Of a stretch of DNA of 64,000 bases, positions 57,539 to 64,000 are shown one piece after another. Below the pieces are notes generated by a model. That model did not search any database, had not been told where the DNA came from, and saw only the letters and a list, made by a program, of their open reading frames with translations. The stretch spans positions 96,001 to 160,000 of the forward strand of contig CAWCBP010000006.1 in NCBI GenBank assembly GCA_963793865.1, written 5' to 3'. This stretch comes from an uncultured delta proteobacterium (lineage in GTDB: Bacteria; Desulfobacterota; WTBG01). The first letter of the stretch is position 1. Each line of letters opens with the position of its first letter. The translations under genes were made by a program, and so were the position numbers.

Positions 57539-58909
57539 ATGAAGCGTGTAATGATTGTTGATGATGAGCGGGCCATCCGGGAGTCCTTGAGGATGATCCT
57601 CAAGGATGAGTATGATCTGGTCATGGCCGGGAGCGGAAGGGAAGCGCTCAGCATGGTGGGCGACAGTTCCCTCGAAGCCATTCTGCTGGATGTGATGATG
57701 CCCGGAGAAGACGGCCTTGAAGTGCTGGAGCAGCTCAAGCGGATGACCACGGCCCCGGTGATTATGGTTACCGCGCTTGACAACGCCAAATCAGCGGTCA
57801 GGGCCATGAAAACGGGGGCCTTCGATTACATCACCAAGCCCTTCGGGGTGGATGATATCAGGTTGGTGGTGGAACGGGCCTTGTCCGCCCATCAGTTCAT
57901 GCAGGAGGTACGCTGCCTCAGCCCGGAGGCTGACACGGCATCCGCCTTCGAGGGCATCATCGGGCAGAGCGCGTCCATGAAGGAGATTTTTCGCTTTATC
58001 AAGCAGACCGGGGACACGAAGGCCACGGTGCTCATTTCCGGAGAAAGCGGCACCGGCAAGGAGCTGGTAGCCAGGGCCATCCACCAGAACAGCCCCAGGA
58101 GGGATAAACCCTTCATCCCCATCAACTGCGCCGCCATACCCGAGACCCTGCTGGAGAGCGAGCTCTTCGGCTATGAAAAAGGCGCCTTTACCAATGCCTC
58201 GGAGAGAAAGATCGGCCGCTTCGAGCTTGCCGATGGCGGGACGCTCTTCCTGGACGAGATTGCCGAGCTTTCTCTGAACACCCAGGTAACAATCCTGCGC
58301 TTTCTGCAGGAGCGCGAATTTACCCGCATCGGGGGATCGAGGACCATAAAGGTGGATGTGCGTCTCATCAGCGCGACCAACCGGAACCTGGAGAAGGCGC
58401 TGGTGGAGGGGAAGCTGCGCGAGGATTTCTACTACCGCATCAACATCATTCCCCTGGTCATTCCCCCTCTGCGTGAGCGCAAGGGCGACATTCCCTTCCT
58501 GGTCAGCCATTTCATCGAGAAGGTAAACGCGCGCGAAGGCAAGGGCGTGCGGGGTATTTCCAGGGAGGCGCTGGAGATGCTGGCCAATTATTCCTGGCCC
58601 GGCAACGTGCGGGAGCTTGAGAATGTGGTTGACCGGGCGATAACCCTGATTGACCGGGACACCATAGCCGTTGAGCATCTCCCCCTGCACATCAGAGAGC
58701 TGAGCAAAACCGGCATGATAAAAAGTCAGATCGTGGCCGGCAAGATGACCTTTGCCGAGGCCGAGGAGCAGTTTGAAAAAACGATCATCCTCGATGTGCT
58801 GGAGAAGACGGACTACAACCAGAGCAGGGCGGCCGCGCTGCTGGGCATCAGCAGGCGGATACTCAAATATAAAATGGACAAGTTCGGCATACCGGCCAAG
58901 GCCGGTTGA
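57539..58909 (+). CDS. NtrC-family sigma54-dependent response regulator
   Basis: VDDE, LLDVMMP, GESGTGKE, ESELFGYEKGAFTNA, FLDEI, WPGNVREL, Fis-type HTH. Confidence 0.96.
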   Translation: MKRVMIVDDERAIRESLRMILKDEYDLVMAGSGREALSMVGDSSLEAILLDVMMPGEDGLEVLEQLKRMTTAPVIMVTALDNAKSAVRAMKTGAFDYITKPFGVDDIRLVVERALSAHQFMQEVRCLSPEADTASAFEGIIGQSASMKEIFRFIKQTGDTKATVLISGESGTGKELVARAIHQNSPRRDKPFIPINCAAIPETLLESELFGYEKGAFTNASERKIGRFELADGGTLFLDEIAELSLNTQVTILRFLQEREFTRIGGSRTIKVDVRLISATNRNLEKALVEGKLREDFYYRINIIPLVIPPLRERKGDIPFLVSHFIEKVNAREGKGVRGISREALEMLANYSWPGNVRELENVVDRAITLIDRDTIAVEHLPLHIRELSKTGMIKSQIVAGKMTFAEAEEQFEKTIILDVLEKTDYNQSRAAALLGISRRILKYKMDKFGIPAKAG

Positions 58910-59123
58910 TTCCGCTGATCGAGCAATTAAAGCCTCGCACGTGTATATCACATCCATGATTTTCTGGATCGTATCCGATCCCACTTCCCAAAAAGAATCA
59001 TTTTCACCCCTCCGACGTCATCTTCCCAGATCAAGGACGAGATGCTTTTAAGTATGTGATGACCCGAAGCTCTGCCGAGGGGTATTGTTTTTCGTATCAT
59101 GCCCACGACAGTGGTAATGCTGC

Positions 59124-59188
59124 ATGGAGGGCCACGCTCCGTCGTGGCCGCATATCACAAACGGACGCGACAGAGCGCGTCCCTCCAT
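59124..59188. repeat. GGAGGG-type REP doublet
   Basis: ATGGAGGGCCACGCTCCGTCGTGGCC...GGACGCGACAGAGCGCGTCCCTCCAT; a single unit also occurs at 28260-28283. Confidence 0.75.
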
Positions 59189-59315
59189 ATGCTCTTATTG
59201 TTGTGTCCGGTATCTGTCGGGTGCTGCTAACGCTGTTCAAAATTGTACGGCAACACTGAATAGAGCGGTTTGCCCCGTTATTTCAATGAGATGCTTTTTC
59301 CGTGCGCGGCAGCGC

Positions 59316-59331
59316 TGCACAAAAATGTGCA
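59316..59331. promoter_or_regulatory. candidate upstream activator (enhancer) site
   Basis: TGCACA-AAAA-TGTGCA palindrome about 115 bp upstream of a sigma54 promoter; weaker copy TGTTCAAAATTGTACG at 59234. Confidence 0.6.
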
Positions 59332-59442
59332 GTTGAACCGGAAACGGCCGCGAAAAAAATTTATTTTGCCGGTAAAGTAAATCCTCTTAAAAGCCGATTA
59401 ATTAGGTGATTCCCGGATGTGCTCATGGCAGCGTAACAATAC

Positions 59443-59459
59443 TTGGCAGGATACTTGCT
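59443..59459 (+). promoter_or_regulatory. sigma54 (-24/-12) promoter
   Basis: TTGGCAGGATACTTGCT matches TGGCACG-N4-TTGCW with exact spacing. Confidence 0.8.
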
Positions 59460-59515
59460 CTATCAGGGGGCATGCCGACGATTTTACTCTTACAGGGATG
59501 ACGTGGAGGGATACA

Positions 59516-60807
59516 ATGACGGAACGGGCGAATGTTTTGGTGGTGGATGATGAGCTGGGTCCGCGGGAGTCCATGCGGATGATTCTCAAACCGTTGCATA
59601 ATGTTTTTACCGCGGAAGACGGCGTGTCCGCCCTGAAAACAATCAGGCAGGAACCCATTGACCTGGTCACGCTTGATCTCAGGATGCCCGGCATAGACGG
59701 GATAGAAGTTTTAAAGGAGATCAAGAAGTACAATCCCAACATCGAGGTCATCGTGGTTACCGGTTACGGGTCCCTGAAAACCGCAACCGAGGCAATGAAG
59801 TATGGCGTAAAGGGTTACGTGACCAAGCCCTACAATCTGCAGGAGATCAACACCCTGGTCGAAAAGGCCATTGAGCAGAGGCGATTCAACCTCAAGCTGA
59901 GAAACTTTTTTAAAGAGACGGTGCTGTCGGGCGCGGGAAACGGCAAGGAGAACGGGACTGCGGAGACGCTGCCGGGCAACGGCAACAATCTTGAAGACAG
60001 CAAGACCAGAAGCAACCTGCTGGAGGTGACGGAAAACAAATTCAAACAAATGAAAGAAACCCAGGAGGACACCGCTAAGGAAAACTCGGTGCTGGAAGAC
60101 AAGCTCATACACTCCGAGCGGCTGGCCATGGTGGGCCTCCTGGCCGCGGGGTATGCGCATGAGCTGAACAATAATTTAACCACCATGCTTGGCTACACCC
60201 AGCTGGTTCAGAATGCCATCCAGGCAAAACATCCCGAGCTGAAGGATGTGCTGGAGCGGGTGGAAACCGTTTCCCACCAGATCGATCGGGCCAGCGAGCT
60301 TTCCCGCAGCCTGCTGACCATTTCCCGGAAGAACGAGTCAAAGCGCGAGCCGACGGATGTTTCCAAGCTCATCGAGCGGATGATGACCTATACCGAATAC
60401 CGCATCCGTTCGGAGGGCTTCACCGTGGTCAGGGACTGCGACCCCTCGCTGCCGCTCATGTTCGTGGATCCGCGCAAGATAGAGCAGGTCTTCTTAAACC
60501 TCATGATCAACGCCTTCCATGCCATGACCAGGGGGGAGTGCTGAAGATCTCCGCCCGGCGCGTCACCAGGGACGTGGGCGATGTGGTGAGGGTGGAGTTC
60601 GCGGACAACGGCCACGGCATCGCTGAAGAGAACATCAGGGAGATATTCAACCCCTTCTTTTCCACCAGGGAAAAGGACGGCGGTTCCGGACTGGGACTGT
60701 ATGTGTCTAAAAAGATCGTAGAGCAGCACCAGGGCACCATCGATGTGACGAGCACCCCTGAGCAGGGGACCACGTTTGTCCTGGAATTTCCGGCTATTAA
60801 GAATTAG
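59516..60807 (+). pseudogene. hybrid receiver-histidine kinase; one G missing in a G6 run at 60531-60536 (probably an assembly error)
   Basis: VVDDE, TLDLRMP, AHELNNNL, QVFLNLMINA | DNGHGI, FNPFFST, GSGLGL; a G7 run restores MTRGGVLKI. Confidence 0.9.
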
Positions 60808-60846
60808 GGTCCCACTGCAGAAAACCCCGCACAGGAAAAAGCGACA

Positions 60847-61602
60847 ATGACAGCACGATGGATGCGATGTGTGGAATGCAACCAGGTGGCGCATCTGACC
60901 CCCTTCGAGGAAGCGCCCTCATACACGTATGACCGGGAGGCCGGAGACTTCATTGAGAGCAACGGTGAGGAAACGCCGGGCTTTACGGATCTGCACCGCC
61001 GCCACACGCTGGAAGAACTGTTTATCATCAAGGATTCGTTTATCAGTGAAGGCCGCTACGGCGAGCCGCTCAAGGTGAGCTACTTTGAGGCCAGTAATGG
61101 AAAGGAGCGCTTTGTCATCAGGGGAAGCCGAATGGATATAACCCGGCCCATAGCCTACGAGCTTATTCCCGGATACATCGAAACCAGCTTCAGGCGCGAG
61201 GTGCAGGGGCGGGAGATTCGCAGGCAGATTGATGAGGAGATCAAAGATCCCCCCGTGACCGGGGCCAAGGTGGATCTCTTTATCAGGGTGGTTGAACAGG
61301 TCGCAGCGCAATTCCCGCTCAAGGACCGGCTTGAAATCACCGCGGAAACGGATACCCCGCTCATCTCCCATTGCCGGCTCGGGGCGGGCGAGATACGGGA
61401 AATCCTGCACCTGTGCAGAGGAATCTTTGACGGGGAGGAGCTGAAAAGGCTGGAACGGTTTATCCATAACAACAACAGCTACAATGAGCCCATGACGCTG
61501 CTGCTTAAAAGAACCTTCCGGATAAAGCGCGCGCAGGGGCGGGTGCGCGAGGGGAAGCGGGAGGCGGGAGCGGAGAAACAGATGACCGCGCAGCATTCCT
61601 AG
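60847..61602 (+). CDS. hypothetical protein with N-terminal CxxC
   Basis: 251-aa ORF co-oriented with the upstream kinase; CVEC...HRRH. Confidence 0.75.
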   Translation: MTARWMRCVECNQVAHLTPFEEAPSYTYDREAGDFIESNGEETPGFTDLHRRHTLEELFIIKDSFISEGRYGEPLKVSYFEASNGKERFVIRGSRMDITRPIAYELIPGYIETSFRREVQGREIRRQIDEEIKDPPVTGAKVDLFIRVVEQVAAQFPLKDRLEITAETDTPLISHCRLGAGEIREILHLCRGIFDGEELKRLERFIHNNNSYNEPMTLLLKRTFRIKRAQGRVREGKREAGAEKQMTAQHS

Positions 61603-61698
61603 CAGGCTGTTGAAAAAGACCCATCTGATATGTGGCTCAAGGGGGAGGGGCTTTTGACGCCACAAAGGCCTGAGGAAAAATAATTTTTCAACAACCTG
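61603..61698. mobile_element. MITE with terminal inverted repeats and CTAG target duplication
   Basis: CTAG-CAGGCTGTTGAAAAA...TTTTTCAACAACCTG-CTAG. Confidence 0.82.
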
Positions 61699-63024
61699 CT
61701 AGAGGGGCGCGGCGGAGGCAAAGACCGCCTCCTCGTCAAGCCGCTCCAGCCTGATGAGGAACTCCCGCCGGGTTTTATCAAAGCGCGGCCTTTGCTTTTT
61801 GTTCAGGGTTTCTTTCTGGAAGCTGGTAAATTTAACCGGGTTAATGAACTCCTTGCCTTTCATCAGCCGGTAATCAAGATGGGGCCCTGTTGACAGGCCG
61901 GTTGATCCCACGTATCCGATAATCTGTCCCTGTCTCACCTGCTGTCCCTGCTTCAGACCCTTGCCGAACCGTGAGAGGTGTCCGTAAAAAGAGGTGTAGG
62001 TGTGGTTGTGGCGGATTTTGACACATTTGCCATAACCGCCCTTCCATCCCATGAAAATAATCTTGCCGTTGGCAGTCGCCTCCACCGGGGTCCCGGCAGG
62101 CGCGGCGTAGTCCACGCCGAGATGCGGCCGGTAGATCCTCAGGACAGGGTGAAACCGGCTCCTGGTAAAACCCGAACTGATGCGGCTGTAGCGCAGGGGG
62201 GTTTTGAGAAACTCCCGCGTCACGGACTGCCCCCGGTCATCATAGTAGCCCGCCGACTCCTCTCCCTCTCCGAAACTGAATACCCGGTATTTTTTGCCCT
62301 GGTTGATGAACTCGGCGGCCAGGATCCTTCCGTATTTTACCGTCTTGCCGTCCCGGATGACTTCCTCGAAGAGGAGCTTGAACTCATCGTTTTCCTTCAC
62401 GCTGGTGAAGAAGTCTATGTCCCAGGCAAAGAGGTCGGCGAATTTCACCACCAGCGGGGGAGGACATCCGGAGCGGACCGCGTCGTCAAAAAGGCTGCTG
62501 GTGATGGTGCCGCTTACCGACCGCAGGGCAACATGGGAGCTGAGCTTTTCCTGCGCAGCGCTGTATCCGCCGTTTGTTTTGCTTACGATGAGCAGATGGC
62601 CGTCATCATACCCGTATTCCAACCGCTCCACGCTCTTTGTCCCCTGATCAAGGGTGAGGATGAGGGACTTGCCGGCGTGAAGTCTGGTAAGGTTGTAAAC
62701 CTTTTTGCTGCAGGCCATGATCCGGCTGATTTCCTGCGGATGCACGCCATGATTGACCAGCAGATCATGAAGCGTATCCCCCGCCTTGAGGGGAATGGTA
62801 AACCTCCTGATGCGCTGTTCATCCCCGTCGGGCGGAGGTGAAGGGGCCTTCTCCGCTTCCAGGGGCAATAGTGCATGCTCCGCCGCCGGCAGCGCGGCAG
62901 AAGGTTGCATCACCGTGCCGGAAACGGTCAGCGGCGTTTCCTTGGAGGAAGCGAGAAAGCGAAGCAGAATCCCGACGGAAAAGAAGACCAGAATTATCAG
63001 TATGCGCTTGGGGATATGTCGCAT
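61699..63024 (-). CDS. M23 family peptidoglycan DD-endopeptidase (MepM/Csd3-like)
   Basis: N-terminal TM, WDIDF, RISSGF, HLGVDYAAP.GTP, YGHLS, STGPHL. Confidence 0.93.
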   Translation of the reverse strand: MRHIPKRILIILVFFSVGILLRFLASSKETPLTVSGTVMQPSAALPAAEHALLPLEAEKAPSPPPDGDEQRIRRFTIPLKAGDTLHDLLVNHGVHPQEISRIMACSKKVYNLTRLHAGKSLILTLDQGTKSVERLEYGYDDGHLLIVSKTNGGYSAAQEKLSSHVALRSVSGTITSSLFDDAVRSGCPPPLVVKFADLFAWDIDFFTSVKENDEFKLLFEEVIRDGKTVKYGRILAAEFINQGKKYRVFSFGEGEESAGYYDDRGQSVTREFLKTPLRYSRISSGFTRSRFHPVLRIYRPHLGVDYAAPAGTPVEATANGKIIFMGWKGGYGKCVKIRHNHTYTSFYGHLSRFGKGLKQGQQVRQGQIIGYVGSTGLSTGPHLDYRLMKGKEFINPVKFTSFQKETLNKKQRPRFDKTRREFLIRLERLDEEAVFASAAPL

Positions 63025-63296
63025 GTGCTCAGGCGTTACGGGTTGTGGACAGGAGAAGCTGAAGGCTGCGGTTTATCCGGCATGAAGCCCGGCCGTAGTG
63101 CCCATGAATGGCGTGCGCGCCCGGCCGGGACTGCCGATGCCGGCGGGCTCTCTTTTTTTAGTGATTTCTCGCCGGTCATGAATTACAATATAGCATCATT
63201 TGGGAACATGGCAAAGCATTTAATGAACAGGGAATAAGATTTTATCCTTCGCATGCAACCCGCGACCGGAAGAGGCGGCCTGGTCCTGAGTGTCCC

Positions 63297-64000
63297 ATGA
63301 ATGTACCGGAACTGCTGGTGCCGGCAGGCACTATGGAAAAACTGAAAACCGCGGTTCACTGCGGCGCCGATGCCGTTTATCTGAGCGGCAAGCGCTACGG
63401 GTTGCGGAGCTACGCGGGTAACTTTACCCTCCCGGAGATCGAGGCGGGCGTGCGCCTGGCCCACACGAACCGGGTGAAGGTGTATGTCACCGTCAATATC
63501 ATAGCCCGCAACGATGATATTGACCATCTTCCCGGCTATCTCGAAGCCCTGGGCATGCTTGAGGTTGACGGCCTGATCGTAAGCGATCCCGGCATTATTG
63601 CCTGCGCCAGGAAGCATGCACCCCGCCTGCCCCTGCATCTCAGCACCCAGCTTTCCACCGCCAACTGGGAAAGCGCCCTGTTCTGGCAGCAGCAGGGGGT
63701 AGCGAGAATCAATCTCGCGCGTGAGCTTTCGCTCCGGGAGGTCGCGCAGATTAAATCAAAGGTTGCCTGTGAAATTGAAATCTTCGTCCACGGAGCAATC
63801 TGCGTCGCCTATTCCGGCCGGTGCCTGCTCAGCACCTATCTCGCGCAGCGGGAATCCAACCGGGGGGAATGCGCGCATCCCTGCCGGTGGAGCTATGCGC
63901 TGGTTGAGGAGAAGCGCCCCGGTGATTACTTTCCCGTGGCCGAGGATGAACGGGGAAGCTATATTTTTAATGCGAAGGATCTCTGTCTCATAGAGCACCT
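63297..64000 (+). CDS. U32 family peptidase-like protein (TrhP/YegQ-like), 3'-truncated and absent from the ORF track
   Basis: Manual translation MNVPELLVPAG...GADAVY, HLSTQ, LARELS, FVHGAICVAYSGRCLLS, NRGECAHPCRW, NAKDL. Confidence 0.92.
   Translation, partial: MNVPELLVPAGTMEKLKTAVHCGADAVYLSGKRYGLRSYAGNFTLPEIEAGVRLAHTNRVKVYVTVNIIARNDDIDHLPGYLEALGMLEVDGLIVSDPGIIACARKHAPRLPLHLSTQLSTANWESALFWQQQGVARINLARELSLREVAQIKSKVACEIEIFVHGAICVAYSGRCLLSTYLAQRESNRGECAHPCRWSYALVEEKRPGDYFPVAEDERGSYIFNAKDLCLIEH

Noticed and set aside
57791..58984. Long antisense ORFs (also 13750-14517, 61978-62841, 31183-32022, 32150-32974)
   Set aside because: They are shadow frames of well-supported genes, expected from codon bias, and show no motifs.
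60531..60544. Selenocysteine readthrough at the TGA ending the 59417-60544 ORF
   Set aside because: The kinase continues in a different frame; a one-base G-run indel explains it.
63025..63296. Riboswitch upstream of the M23 peptidase
   Set aside because: GC-rich hairpins are present, but I could not identify c-di-GMP or c-di-AMP consensus motifs.

Overview
The window is bacterial chromosomal DNA whose gene content suggests an anaerobic deltaproteobacterium (Desulfobacterota/Syntrophales-like; inferred, not proven). 1-25 kb is mostly housekeeping: ribF, an orphan Na+-decarboxylase beta/small-subunit set, selB, DksA/TraR, tadA, two tRNA-Ser, SRP RNA, dnaX-ybaB-recR, a ferredoxin with a four-subunit 2-oxoacid:ferredoxin oxidoreductase, a cold-shock gene, and a nagZ-namZ-murU-amgK-mltA peptidoglycan-recycling operon. 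25-47.5 kb is accessory redox/catabolic DNA: a tetraheme cytochrome, AOR, a TetR-led flavoprotein/CCG operon with two secreted monoheme-c/split-barrel paralogs, a large secreted FG-GAP/TSP3 protein, and an unusual trio of a bilin-reductase-like gene, a HemF-like gene and an EFR1 ferredoxin. 47.6-54.3 kb is an AT-rich cassette (FadL, mini-MerR, FabF-like ketosynthase, extended SDR, ICMT-methyltransferase fusion). Its right edge falls inside a 7TM histidine kinase gene, which is followed by a pseudo-REC/pseudo-AAA+/HisKA protein, an NtrC-type activator and a sigma54-driven hybrid kinase. This is the best candidate for an undescribed system: a swappable lipid-signal synthase plus sensor module organised like agr or comQXP. 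Intergenic DNA holds several repeat families (GTAG REPs, GTCATTGCGAG palindromes, MITEs, 7-nt tandem repeats). Five genes carry small frameshifts, mostly single-base indels in short runs, which are most likely assembly errors. All family assignments come from motif recognition by eye; no database search was run.
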